From Eledone cirrhosa (Eukaryota): DNA of 64,000 nt. Positions 40,721 through 53,588 of this stretch are shown here, piece after piece (positions within the stretch are counted from its first letter, which is position 1; each line of letters begins with the position of its first letter). The stretch covers positions 255,006,001 through 255,070,000 of the forward strand of contig OZ024742.1 of the NCBI GenBank assembly GCA_964016885.1, read 5' to 3'. A program made the translations under genes and the position numbers. The notes beneath the pieces were generated by a model, which searched no databases, was not told where the DNA came from, and was given only the letters and a program-made list of their open reading frames with translations.

Positions 40721-41012
40721 TATAAAGAAAAAGAGATGAAATCGAAAATGCAACTGGAGTCTTATTTTTTTTTTAAATATATATATTTATTTGGTTCCTT
40801 TACCGGTTTCGCAGTTCTTCTGCTTTTCAAAAGGTGAGTTGAGATGGAGGGTCTGTGGTTTTTCTCCCATCAGATGTGAGAAAAACCACAGACCCTCCAT
40901 CTCAACTCACCTTTTGAAAAGCAGAACTGCGAAACCGGTAAAGGAACCAAATAAATATATATTTTTTTTTAAAAATAAGACTCCAGTTGCATTTTTGATT
41001 TCATCTCTTTTT

Positions 41013-41019
<7 letters not shown>
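40721..41019. repeat. ~300-bp near-perfect palindrome centred at 40872, one hammerhead per arm
   Basis: Arms are reverse complements with small indels; centre CATC-A-GATG. Confidence 0.92.
40910..40944 (+). ncRNA. Minimal hammerhead, U3-A8 core variant (partner at 40797-40834, minus)
   Basis: CCUU UUGAAAA GCAG AA CUGC GAAAC CG GUA^ AAGG; the minus copy has loop II AAGAA. Confidence 0.75.
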
Positions 41020-41047
<28 letters not shown>

Positions 41048-41087
41048 AATATATAAACATATTATATATATACATAGATATATAAAC

Positions 41088-41169
<82 letters not shown>

Positions 41170-41180
41170 AATATATATAC
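41016..41180. repeat. (TA)n microsatellite
   Basis: Direct reading. Confidence 0.95.
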
Positions 41181-41431
41181 ACGTGTGTGTTTGTGCGTGT
41201 GTATACTTACATATACACACACATAGAAATATCTAGATTACACTTAAATAAGAAGAACGTGCCAGAAGACTTAATTTCTCTTGAAACTGTCCATTCTTGA
41301 GTTCAAAAGACCAGAAATTGTCCACGAGAGTCTGAGAGATTCAATAGAATGAGACACAAGCTAAAATATAAACTAAAAACTGACGAGTGAATACTTCAAA
41401 AATCTGAAATCTTTTTTTCCTCATTTTTTTG

Positions 41432-41433
<2 letters not shown>

Positions 41434-41491
<58 letters not shown>

Positions 41492-41559
41492 GCCATTATT
41501 GTTGTTATTATTATTATTGCTACTACTACTACTACTACTACTATTACCATAACCAACAC

Positions 41560-41595
<36 letters not shown>

Positions 41596-41655
41596 TCACC
41601 ATCACCACCACCAGCATCACTCCACCACAACCACCACTAATACTACTACTAGTAG
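41434..41655. repeat. Compound (ATT)n/(ACT)n/(ACC)n microsatellite
   Basis: Direct reading. Confidence 0.95.
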
Positions 41656-41785
41656 TCATTTATTGTGAATGTTGTTCAATGTAGGTACTTTCTATATAGC
41701 ACCTTATTGTTTGTAAACGTGATGTTTAGAGTAAACATTTGTTCAATTAGCTTATATTTATGTTTTGATGTTTTAGTATGTTTTA

Positions 41786-41836
<51 letters not shown>

Positions 41837-41863
41837 CACACAAACACATATATGTGTGTATGT

Positions 41864-41895
<32 letters not shown>

Positions 41896-41969
41896 GCAGA
41901 TGTATGCTTGCCCCACCCCCATATATATATATATATGTATATATTCATATATATATTCATATATGTATG

Positions 41970-42028
<59 letters not shown>

Positions 42029-42052
42029 CATATATGTGTGTGTGTGTGTGTG
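41786..42052. repeat. (TA)n/(TG)n low-complexity tract
   Basis: Direct reading. Confidence 0.9.
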
Positions 42053-42640
42053 CTTTCTGTTACTTGGCAAAGAATTAACATGTCTAATGAATAAGAACAG
42101 AAGAAAGAGAATGAAAGGTTAATAGAATCTGACAGAAGAAATCAAGTGGGAAGAGAAGGGGAAAGGAAGAAAAACTAAATGAGACATAAACATATATGTG
42201 TGTATGTATATATATGTAAAACATATATATATATGTGTGTGTGCGTGTATTAGTAGTACTGGTGCTGTAATTTTGTAGTGGTGGAGCCGCAAGGAAACAA
42301 ACCTGGCATACACTGTTAAGCGTTTGGCACTAGGAAGGACATCCAGCAGAAGAAAGCAAGCCAAAATGAAATGTATGAGCAAGACATGATCTGCTGACAT
42401 GCCCGTCTCACTTCAGAACGTGACAGCCCTTATAACCTAAAGATGGAAAATAGGCATAATATGGTGATGAGAATATTATATATATATAATTAAATATTGA
42501 TTATTCTCTAATACTTAAACATCTCAATGAATGGATAAAATATATAGATAAAATGTCAATTAGGGAAGCAATATCACATTTTAAATTTAAGTGAAAAAGG
42601 TCTCTTTATGGGAGTATAAGTCAAACAGATCAAAATAAAT

Positions 42641-43073
42641 TTTAGTCTATCTCACTTATATATATCGATCTCCATGCCAAGGTTTCATTTGTGGAAGAAG
42701 TAACTATTGGAAAAGAACAATTTTTGAAGAATTCACAAATTCGTCAGGGGAGTATTCTTCAATTCAAAGAGATCATATTTATCATGAAATTTTACATATC
42801 GTTGCCAGTCCAGCAATTATGTAATTGAAACGTTACATGAACAAATGTCTCTTAATATTAGGAATACATGACAGGCCTACAATACTGTTAGCAATAGCAG
42901 CCAAAAGCCCGTCTGATACAGCTCAACAGATCAGATAAATATGGTCTCATTGAATTGAAGGATACTCCACTAATGAATTTGTGAATCCTTCAAATGTTAG
43001 TCTTTTTTAATAGTTGCTTCTTCCACAAATGAAACCAAGTAGGGAGATCGATATATAAGTGAGATAGACTAAA
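42641..43073 (+). mobile_element. Old fold-back element: ~65-bp inverted repeat (42641-42708 / 43009-43073) with a degenerate hammerhead at 42961-43049
   Basis: CUCCA CUAAUGA AUUUGUG...CACAAAU GAAAC CAA GUA GGGAG. Confidence 0.6.
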
Positions 43074-43122
43074 GTTTTCTTTTTTCATCTATCCATAAAC
43101 AGAGTTTTTTAATTTAAATTAA

Positions 43123-43229
<107 letters not shown>

Positions 43230-43696
43230 GGGAAGAAGACGCACGAGGTGGTAGAAGGTCATGAAATCGCTCCCGTAAGTTTTTGATTTTAACATATTTA
43301 AATCAATTGTGAAATAACAATTCTTAGTACAAATAATGCATAAACAACCGAATCAAGTCTCATAAAATTTTGGATCCATAATATATTGTTATATCGCTCA
43401 AATATTCAATTTTGTATTATATATTTTATATTCAAAAAAGAAAATGGTTATAAATGGAAGAAGAAACCCCCTCTGTCTACACTATATAGAACAGCCAAAT
43501 AACAGCAATTTCACCAACACCAGAAACTTGATACACCACCTACCCCATCACCCCGCTGTGTACACTAAATATAACAGCCAGATGACGGCAATTTCACCAC
43601 TACCACCACCACCAATCCCAGCATCATAATAATAATTACTATTATTATTGTCTCAAGTTTTAACAAAATGTTTAATTTCAATTTTACGGGAATATC

Positions 43697-43840
43697 TCAA
43701 CACATATATTAAACATACGCGACACAAACGTATAGATACTACAGATCAAACAAAACTAGTCTATTCAACACAGATATTAAACATACGCGACACAAACGCA
43801 TAGATACTACATATTAAAAAAAAACTAGTCCACTCAACAA
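43697..43840. repeat. 68-bp tandem duplication (2 copies)
   Basis: TCAACAC...ATTAAACATACGCGACACAAACG starts at 43697 and 43765. Confidence 0.85.
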
Positions 43841-44229
43841 AACTCAGTAACGACAACGCCACCGCCGCCACCACTCCATCCATCATTGCTACCACTACCC
43901 CATCACCGCCGCCACCACTCCTTCATTGCTACCACCACTATTCCCCTGTTAACTTAAGAAAGGGGAAGGTGGCGGTATCACTAGACAAGGGAGAGGCTAG
44001 CAAAAGATATAAATAGATTGACTTAGTGACCTGGCCACCGGCCAAACGTTAACAACTATGGCACTGCTGGCTCCCCCCTTCCTCACCAACAATATAAAAA
44101 GCCCCAGCACCACCACCGACATAGCCAACAACAATAACAGGCAACTTCAGCAAAATGTATATTATATTATTGTAATGCACTGGGTGATTGCTGGCCTTGT
44201 GCCTGGAGTGGAGACAATTATTATTATTA

Positions 44230-47200
44230 ATAATTTCATTCTTAAGCCACGCAATGCTCACATTAAGGAACCACTCATGATAATAACAATTTTTAAAAAA
44301 CAACAAAAAAGAAAACCCCGTGACCAAGAAATACCGGGATGGTGGACGGCGGGGAATAGCCGTGTCTCTAGGGGAGAACGACCCCTCTAGTCTTGGTTGA
44401 CACTCGTTCTAGAAGTGGCAACACGAAATGATTACCCATTGGCGGATAAGGATAAAACGCGACAAAATAAAGTAAATGTCTAATGATGAAATCTCATACC
44501 GGATCGGCCGTCACCCGGGTAAAAAAGGGCCGCGTCCCTCAGAGAGGAACCAGACTGGGGTCGAAAAATCAGCTAATGGTTCAAACCTTCCCATCACTTC
44601 GGAGCTGGAGACCTCCCATAACCGGAATACTCCTACTGTTGGCCCTCCATGCTCACCACCAAGAAATCCAAAGAAAAAGAGAGAAAAATGGTCAAGGGAA
44701 GATAATAAAGAAGTCCTTGAGGCTTTCTACACTGCCATGTACTACCCATCAAATACATCGAATACAGAACAGACATATATCAACTGGAACAAGAAACATC
44801 CCGAAAACAGAGGCTATATTGACAGTAACAAACTAGCCAATATACGAAGAAATATTGTAAAAAAAAAGTTACTAACTGATATAGAAATTGATCAGATCAA
44901 GCTATTAGCACAAAGTCAGCGAAGGGAAAATGAAACATGTGTCAGTGAAAACGAGGTAAATTGTAACACTTCGAATCCCAGGGTTGGGGCGGAATCACTG
45001 GCAACAGAACAAATTAAAGTAAGGATCGAAAAAGTGGAGGGAGTGCATGCTCAAGATGAAACTCCAAATGAAAATAGTGAGATCGTAAATGATAAAGAAA
45101 TGAATGAGAATGAACTTGCCAACTTGAAGGATGAAATTATGATCGAATGGATGAAAATGAAAGAATCTGACATGGGGCAACGAGACACCCTCCCTAAGAT
45201 CCAGAACTCCAAACAGAACCAAAAGATAATACACAAGACTAACATAATTCTCAAAAACATTATCATCACAAACAAACTAAACATTACTGATTTAAATCAT
45301 CTCTATTATGCATCGGCTAAAGTCACCACTCACTTATGTGGAGTGAAGATTAAAAAACAAAGGAATTCCCACAAGAAATCTACTTGGCAAGAGAACATCA
45401 ATCGCCAAATAAACCTTCTCCGATCTGACATAGAAATTTTAACAAACTATAAAGTAGGAGAACATGTTAAACAAACTAAACTTAGAAAATTGAAAAGAAA
45501 GTACAGTATAAAATCAACAAGTGACATAGACATGCTGATGGAAATAATCAAGCAAAAAGTGTCGGCCAAAGCTGCTCGTACAAGGCGCTTTGAAAAACGA
45601 TCTAGATTCTATAAGGACAATAATATGTTCAAAACAACCAAAGAAACTTCTACAGTAAAATTGGTAAGTCAACAATAACTGCTAAATCAATACCACCCAA
45701 GGAGAAAGTGCAAGAATTCTGGGAAAAGATCTGGGCCGAAGAAGAAGTTCATAACATACATGCCCCATGGATAGACAGACAAATGAAAGATACAGCTCAC
45801 CTTGAGGAACAAATATGGGAAAATATAACAATTGTACAGTTGCGCTTGGCTCTAAGAAAAACCAGCAAATGGAAATCCCCAGGAAAAGACAAAATACAAA
45901 ATTTTTGGATAAATGCTTTCACAGAGTCTCATGAGCTGTTAGCCCAACTTTACAATGAAATAGTTAAGGAGCCAGAAAAGATACCATCATGGCTAGTTAA
46001 CGGCATTACATTCCTGCTTCCGAAGAATAATGAGACAAACAATCCCCAAAATTACAGACCGATAACCTGCTTGACCACAATGTATACAATTTTAACATCA
46101 GTCCAAACTGAATACACATATGACCACCTGATAACAAATGACCTATTTCCCATTGAGCAGAAAGGGTGTAAACAAGGCTCATATGGCTGTAAGGATCAGC
46201 TTTTGGTTAACAAAATGATACTGGAAGATTGTCATAATAGACACAAAAATCTATCAATTGCTTTGATATAAAATGCATTCGATAGTTTGCCACACAGTTG
46301 GATTGAAAAATGTTTAGCGATTTTCAAAATATCCCCCGTTGTCAGGAGGTTTTTGTCATTCAGTATGAAGACATGGAAAACGACACTCCTTTTGAATAGT
46401 GAAACAAAATCACTGGAAGCTGGAGAAGTTAATATTAATTGTGGAAACATTCGAAAATTCTTAACCATGCACAGCATGCATCACCCTAAGGCAGATATAG
46501 CTAGAATATATCTCCCATGGAAAGAAGGGGGACGTGGGTTAGTCTTGTTAGACATTGCGTTGAAAACTGCAACAATTGTATTATCTACATATCTAAGGGA
46601 ATCACATGGTTGGATGATCAAACTCGTTTTGAAACACGAAAGCATCAAAAGATGCACAAAGATACAGTAATGGACTACAAATTTCAGAAGTCCCATTTAC
46701 TGCTGAAATGGAAAACACAGAAAAAGCAAAGCAGGTAAAAGTAACTGCAAAGAAAGAACTGCTACAGAAACTGGCTAAGAAATGGCAAGAAAAGCCTCTG
46801 TATGGAAAATACCCAGAACGAGCTAACAATCCTGATGTTGACAAAACTTTAACCCATCAGTGGTTGGCATCCTCTGGACTGAAATCGGAGACTGAAAGAC
46901 TGATTATATCAGCACAAGATCAGTGTCTGCCAACAAAAATTACCAAGCCAACATAATAAAAAATGGATGCAGCCCATTATGCCGTGTATGCAAAAAACAA
47001 CCAGAGACCATTGACCATATAATTTAAATGTGCAGTCCTATAGCGCCAACCGACTACCTAAACAGGCATGACAGAGCTGCACAATACATACATTGGATAA
47101 TGTGTAAGCATTTTAACCTGCCCCATCAAAAGAATTGGTGGAGCATCAACCACCTCCCATACTTGAAAAAGATCACATCTCAATCTTGTGAAACATTAGC

Positions 47201-47688
47201 ATCCAAACAGACCGAAAACTAGATGCAAATAGACCTGATATAATATTGAAGGACTTTAAAAAGAGGGTATGCCTGCTAATTGATATGTCCGTTCCAATAG
47301 ACAAGAATGTATATATAAAAACATTTGAAAAATTGAGCAAGTATAAGGACCTGGAGATAGAAATTGGAAAAATGTGGAAATTGAGAACTAAAACAATACC
47401 AGTGGTTGTAGGCGCTCTGGGAATGATACCTAAGGGGTCTAATAATTACTTATCGCAAATCCCAGGAAACCCGCGTATAGGAGAAATACAAAAGATAGTA
47501 CTAATGGGAACTGCCCATATACTAAGGAAGATTCTGTCAATATAAGTACATCACAAGTCTAAACACTAAAGATGCATGTGTGAGTATGTATGTTCTTTCT
47601 TGAACATGGCGGACCTTGTTGTCTCTTGAGGTCACTGGTTGTGACTTGGTGATAACTCGTATGAACATAAAGCAAGATAAATGCAACT

Positions 47689-47689
<1 letters not shown>
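44230..47689 (+). mobile_element. R4/Dong-like non-LTR retrotransposon (RT + CCHC + restriction-like endonuclease), frameshifted, RT core deleted
   Basis: WKSPGKDKIQNFW, YRPITCL, EQKGCKQGSYGCKDQLL, PHSWI, GGRGL, CRVC...ETIDHI...C, RHD, RPDII..D...LIDMSVP, KLSKYKDL; ends in (TAA)n; QGD and YxDD region missing near 46440. Confidence 0.9.
44476..45678 (+). pseudogene. N-terminal part of the Dong/R4 ORF
   Basis: REKWSREDNKEVLEAFY and WQENINRQINLLRSDI motifs; continues by frameshift into RT at 45708. Confidence 0.75.

Positions 47690-47765
<76 letters not shown>
47690..47765. repeat. (AAT)n tract between the Dong 3' end and the Tx1 3' end
   Basis: Direct reading. Confidence 0.95.
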
Positions 47766-47766
<1 letters not shown>

Positions 47767-48010
47767 TTTTCTTTATTAACCACAAGGGATTACATAAAGT
47801 AGACATTAAGGACAGTACAGGACAATACAGGACGGTACAAATGGGCATTTCTGCGTGTAAAAAAAAACGGAGGTTGAAATAAAATAACAAAGAAAAATTT
47901 CCCAATAGGGGGGAGACTTCCGAGGGACATTTGTGGAGAAAGCCCATTAAAAGACCACAGTGGCCCTGACCACCAGGGCAAGTGCCCTCTCCCAGTTTTC
48001 CACCTTTAAT

Positions 48011-51000
48011 TTACAGACACATACTCAGAGAAGGCCCATTCATTCGGGCCATACTTGCTTCTCTCACCCATCTTTCAACAAAATGCTGGGAAGAGAGCAC
48101 TTCCCTCTCTACCCTGATTTTCCTTTTCAAATGAAATTTGAAAAAGTTAATCAGGGCATCACCAAAGAGGTAAGTGCTCGTCTTCAGCCCTTTCAAACGT
48201 GTCCACCATACTATCTCTTTCGCCATGGCCACCAGACAGATAAAAACTGCCTGCCCTTCCCGGCTAAAGGAGGAGGGCGGGGCAATCCTCACGATGGACT
48301 CAGCTGATAGCTGGATCCGTCCTACACGTGACAGCAGGTGTTCGACATAAACCCACAAGTCAGCAATTCTCGGACACTGGACGAGTGCGTGCAGGACGGT
48401 TTCCTCGCCCTGTAATGCATCTCGGACATGCCCGGCTGACGGCACCTCCATGCCTGTAGAGTTTATCCCGAACTGGCAAAGCTCCCCGGTAGCACTACCT
48501 GGCCAGGGATTTCTGGAAGTTGTCCATAGGCCCCGTCCCGAAAGTCCTTCCGAAGAGATTGGCTAGTTGATTTTCGTCGACGCCTAGAGTTTCTCCAAGT
48601 ACGTCGTCGCTCTTCCCCTCCACTAATCCCCTAAAGAACCTCAAGATGGAGTTTCCACCGATCACATTGCCCGATTGGTCGAGGGCTGCGAGCGCCTGAA
48701 GACATTCCAGTCTCCAAGCGCTCGCTCTCGGTCTTCGCTTAACCCAGGACTGCAACTCCGTCAAGGAGACGAGCTGGGGAAAAACGTGTCTAGCAAACGG
48801 CGACCACACCTGATCACCGTCGAGGAAGAGGTGGAGATGTCGTAGCCTGAGCGCGTGTCTGCGCATCATCAGCCACGGCATGCCCAGCCCTCCACGTAGC
48901 GGGTGTTGACAGAAGATAGATCGCCTGACCATCGGAGCGCGTCCCATCCACAAGAAGCGAAAGAACAAACGCTCCAGCGCAGTCAGGCGGGGCTTAAGAC
49001 AAGGTACGACGGTAGGCGGTAGTAGATGACGGACGCGATGTACGCGTTAGCCACCTCCGCTCGACCTTTCAGGGCTAGCTCCCTCTCGGCCCATTTCTGG
49101 GTGAGAGAAGGCACCCTACTCGTCACCTCGTCCCAGTTTTTGTCCGTCTGGAGGTCTGGACCGAACCAGACCCTAGCAATTTAATCGGTCCGTCCGTCCA
49201 GCGCCCGACGACGCTGTTGGAGGGCATGGACCTGCCTCTCCAGGTGCCGAGCTGCAGGCCCACTGACTTTTCCTGGTTGATCATTGCTACTGTCACCGTT
49301 TCGTATTCTCTTAGTGTAGTGCCGATCGCCTCGATGTATTTGGCGTTCGACACCACTACGGTGACATCGTCCGCATATGCTGACACGGATCTTCCGCATC
49401 CTAGTTTGCGCGGGACCCCCCTCAACGTCTCCAGTTTGTGCAGTAATGGCTCGAGAGTCAATACGTACAATAGGGACGAGAGGGGACATCCTTGGCGGAC
49501 AGAGCGCATGATGTTGAACGGTTCCCAAAGGTGACCGTTCATTCTCACTACAGAGCAGATGTCGCTGTGCATGGCAGCCATCCAGCCTCTGAAGACGGAC
49601 CCAAAGCCAGCCGCCCTCAGGACTGCCGCTAGGTAATGATTTTCGACCCTATCGAAGGCTTTCGACTGATCTAAATTGATCAAAGACCCACCCGTGCCAG
49701 GTTCCCTAGCTACCCTCTCTACGATGTATCGCATGAGGTGGAGGTTGTCGTGGATGGATCTGTCGGGAATGGCGCATGTCTGTGCCTCTCCCACCAGACC
49801 ACCAACGACAAGCGCCGACCTCTTTGCTAGTACCTTGGCCAAAATCTTGAACTTTGTGTTTAGCAGAGTTATGGGCCTAAAATGATCTATGTTATCTCCC
49901 TTGTTCGGATCCTTTCTCAGCAGCGCTACCGCTCCTCGGCTCACAGAGCTAGGAATTCTCCCATTCTGTTGCCAGTTGCAGTAGACGTCCGCCAAGAGGC
50001 CTCCGAACAAGTCTGGCATTTGTACGTAAAGTTCATAGGGCAGACCATCCAAACCAGGCGATTTACCCCTTGGGCAGCCAGTCATTGCCTCCCGTACTTC
50101 AGCGGTTGTTATCAGCTTTTCGCAACACTCCACCTCAGTGGCCGAAAGCCGCGGCAGTCCGTCGAGGTAGACACTAAAGTCCATCCCTCGATCCGGCCCG
50201 CCACTGCCCCCGAACAGTTGAGCGAAGTGTCGCTGAAAAGCTTCACACATTTGCCCGGGATCGAGTAGCATGCGCCCGTCGTGGTCCACCAAAGACCGGA
50301 TCGTGGCTTTGTTGCCACGACGCGCCTCCGCCACTCGGGCCCATTGAACGGCTTTCGTCCCCTCGTGTCTGAGAGCCCGCACCCTAGCTCTGACAAAGCA
50401 GCCTTCGTGCTTTGCATTGAAGAATTGGTCAAGGGCCAATTTCGCCGCAAGTACGTCGGTCGCGCCTCGTCTAATATTCTAACTAGTTCTCCCTCTGCTC
50501 TATTTTTCTCTATTGCTAAAGCCTTACTAAACCTAATGGACTCTATTCTAATCGCTCTTTTCAGAGCAAACGACGACTTGTCTTTGACGATGACCCCCGT
50601 CAACGCCCACTTAACTAGTTCGCTAATCCGTTCTCTGTAGGCCTTACGCGCTGGTAAAGACGCGTTTAGCTTCCAGTAGCCGGGTCCTCGTCTATGACGC
50701 CTAAATAAGTCAAGCACACAGATCACGAATTTGTGGTCCGTGTAGCTGACTATCTTGAATTGTGGACAGCCTATGCTTTACCTATCTATTTCCCTACAAA
50801 ATACTCTATCTAGATATGATCTGGATGACCCTATGCGATTTGTCCAAGTCCACATTGGCACATTCGGGAAATCCAATCGGTAGCTGTCAGACAGTTCAAA
50901 ACGCCTGAGCAGGTTGTTGAGGCTCTTGCACCCTCCTCCCCTATCCGCTAATCCCATACAGTCCCAGTGTGCATCTAAGATCCCGTTCCAGTCGTACACT

Positions 51001-51437
51001 AACACTAAAGAGCGGGACGTTCTAAGAAGGGTCTCCAGACATTGAAAGATATCAGGCCGCTCTGCTCCTGTCGGGGCATAGACTGCCACTAGCCTGAAAG
51101 CTTTCCCGTCTCCGCTGGTCACGTCCAGAACCACCAACTTACCTTCTGGGTCCAGGAATGTGGCCTGTATGGCGAGATCGAAACATTTCCGAAAAAGCAC
51201 AGCAACTCCACCCCCGGATCCAGGACGGCTGGGAGATGCGTACACATCGTAGCCGCCGAAGATCGGTGCGAAGGCCCGTGCTTCGGAGATTTTGGTCTCG
51301 CTGATGGCCACTACATCTATGTTTAGTGACCTGAGGTCGTTGAGCAGGTGGCCCTGCTTCCATGACGACCCCAAGCCACGCGCATTAATGCTGCCTGAGG
51401 TCATGTTGAAATGGAGTGAAAAGATGGGAAAGACCAC
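48011..51437 (-). pseudogene. Tx1/L1 ORF2 (APE - RT - CCHC), broken into several frames
   Basis: SINARGL, ISET, VYAPT, SYLDR, GPGYWKLN, KSPGLDGLPYE, FRPITLLN, DQSKAFDRV, RQGCPLS, AYADD, GGLGMP, EETVLHALVQC. Confidence 0.92.
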
Positions 51438-51714
51438 TTACCTTACTTCTCGTAGAGGAAGGATAGTTTCTCCATCCTTTTCACTGCTTGTGGCATCCTC
51501 CGGAAGATGTCCTTATAAATCCTCCTGGAGAGTGCTTGTCGGAAGTCTCCGATGTCTTTGGGGAATTTTTCTTTTAGTGTCGTGTGCGTTTTCTGTGTGA
51601 TGCGAGTGATTTGTATGTGTGGAGGTGGTGTGAACTTTTGGGTTGTTGTGTAGTCTTTTTCTGTGATGCTCGTGTTGTGTTGGATGTAGTGTAATAATTG
51701 GTTGTTGTTCAAAT

Positions 51715-52836
51715 TTAATGCTGTGTAGTGTGTATCGTTTTGTTTGTTTTGTTTTGTTTGCTTTTGTTGTGGGTTTTTTTTTTCGTTTCGCTTTTTAGTG
51801 ACTTTTGTGGTGTTGGTGATGGTGGTGTTGGGGTTAATGATGGTGATGGTGTTGCTGTGTGTGGTGATGGGGTTGGTGATGCTGGTGTGGATGGTGGCGT
51901 AGCTGTCCTAACCTTTTTGTTTGATAGTTTATTTGTTTCCCTCTGTATTTTGTTTTTGGAGGGGGAAGGAAGAGGAAATTTTTCTCTTTTGGTTTTTTCC
52001 TGTACCGTTTCCCACTCCTCGTCGTCACAATCTGTCTCCAGTTGCGATAGGTCGGGGAGTGGAAAATCCTCCACAGGCGTTGGTTTTGGTTGTGGCGTGG
52101 TGGATGGTATAGGCGCTGGTGCTAGTTCTGGCGCGTTGGGTGGTGGTGGTGTTGGTTTTGCTAGTGTTGCTGGGGTTGTTGCTTTTACAGTTGCTTCTGT
52201 TGTTGCTGCCATTTCTGCTGCTGGTGATGTTGATGGTTGAGTTACTGGTGTGGGTAAGAGAGGTGGCCTCAACCTTTTAGCCTGAGGGCAGAAAGCCTTT
52301 AGGTGGGTTCCTTCACTACAAACGACACACCTAAGCCTTCTGCTCTCGATGATTACGGTGAGGTGGCTGCCGTCAGTGAGGTCTATTACCTCTGGCTTCT
52401 CCTCAATGCTTTTTTGGTCCGCTTGGATCAGGAGCTCTATCCCAGATCTAGACCAGTTCTCCTGCATTTCTTTCGCTATTTCGATTATCTTGGTGTTGGC
52501 CTCGATGCCGGCGAAGACGGCAGCCATTAGCCAGGGAATTTCGATGGCCGGTGGAACGTGGGTCACCCTGATCTTCACGAGTCTCTGGCCACAATAGCTT
52601 GGGACGAGTGTGAAGTCGTCACTTCTTAATGGGTCCATGGAGTGTTCTCTGGCCTCCTGTGGTGTTCCACCGAACACGTCCACGGTTCCATATTTCTGCC
52701 CACGTCTGATGTTGGTTTTTTTGGCCCACACATGTCCCAAAGCTTTTTGGATTTGGGACTCGGATGCCCGTTCCACTCGGCGTGATTTTATGTTAATCGT
52801 CCGATAAGACAGAGTGCATAGGCGCCGATGCTCCAT
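51715..52836 (-). CDS. Tx1/L1 ORF1 (nucleic-acid binding, zinc knuckle); probably extends upstream into 52883-53338 through a frameshift
   Basis: VKIRVTHVPP, CVVCSEGTHLKAFC (CX2CX4HX4C), Pro/Thr-rich tail. Confidence 0.8.
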   Translation of the reverse strand: MEHRRLCTLSYRTINIKSRRVERASESQIQKALGHVWAKKTNIRRGQKYGTVDVFGGTPQEAREHSMDPLRSDDFTLVPSYCGQRLVKIRVTHVPPAIEIPWLMAAVFAGIEANTKIIEIAKEMQENWSRSGIELLIQADQKSIEEKPEVIDLTDGSHLTVIIESRRLRCVVCSEGTHLKAFCPQAKRLRPPLLPTPVTQPSTSPAAEMAATTEATVKATTPATLAKPTPPPPNAPELAPAPIPSTTPQPKPTPVEDFPLPDLSQLETDCDDEEWETVQEKTKREKFPLPSPSKNKIQRETNKLSNKKVRTATPPSTPASPTPSPHTATPSPSLTPTPPSPTPQKSLKSETKKKTHNKSKQNKTNKTIHTTQH

Positions 52837-53551
52837 TTTATTTGGTGGGGGAGGGGGAGGCTGACCCTGTACCCATCTCTCTTTACCATTCTCTTGGTTT
52901 ATCTAATTCCTCCTGAGTTACCTGGAGTGTTTCGCATTTTTTGGCTGCCTTCGCAAATGAGTCGATGTTATTCTCATTGTTGTTGTTGCTGTTGTTGTTA
53001 TTGTTATTTTTGTTATTGTTATTTTTAGTTTCAGTTGTGGTGGTGGTAGCGTCAGTGGTGTTCGGTGTGGAAGAGTACATTCTGGGTGAATCCATTTCGA
53101 TGTCACGAGATAATTTATATTTTTCTTTTGTTTCTGTTGTCGCTGTGGTGGTGGTAGGGGTGGCGGCTTCAACACCTACAGTCATTGGTAATGGCGGGAA
53201 ATGAATGTCTGCATGAGACAAATTTAAAATATTGCTACTGCTTATATTTTTAGTTTTGGCAAACGTAGTAATATTTATAACGATGGTGTCGGTGTGAGGT
53301 GTTAGTTTGTGAGGAAGGTGTGACTGTGAGTCGTCCATGATTTATTCAAATAAATTTTTGTTTGATAATTATAAAAGTTTAAATTTTGGGATCAAGGCCC
53401 CAATCTTTTTTAGTGTCCTTTTCAGAAAACAATGTATGTGCACTTATATACAGTTAATAATAAAAAATTTCCATAAATGGCAATTTTAAACAACTGAAAA
53501 CAACAAACCTTTGCGGAGCTCACGATAATACGATTTCCTACGTAGGTCGCC

Positions 53552-53586
<35 letters not shown>
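53552..53586. repeat. (AAT)n right flank of the Tx1 element
   Basis: Direct reading. Confidence 0.9.

Positions 53587-53588
<2 letters not shown>

Larger units (their letters stand above)
47766..53551 (-). mobile_element. Near full-length Tx1/L1-clade LINE (~5.8 kb) inserted in (AAT)n
   Basis: ORF1 with CCHC knuckle; ORF2 with APE, RT and C-terminal Zn finger; AATAAA near the 3' end; (AAT)n on both sides. Confidence 0.92.

Noticed and set aside
41255-41300. CAGAAGA...GAAAC-T-GTC hammerhead-like string
   Set aside because: The core is mutated, there is no stem II pairing and stem I is out of register.
41341-42122. Poly-I, poly-N and YI-repeat ORFs (also 36619, 40480, 47537-47882, 57583, 62882)
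   Set aside because: Translations of microsatellites.
44320-44470. HDV-like ribozyme in the Dong/R4 5' UTR
   Set aside because: The region is GC-rich and possibly structured, but I could not assign the nested double pseudoknot by eye; it needs a descriptor search.
49181-52807. Plus-strand and alternative-frame ORFs over the Tx1 element (likewise over the RTE copies)
   Set aside because: Shadow ORFs of retroelement coding sequence with no independent motifs.
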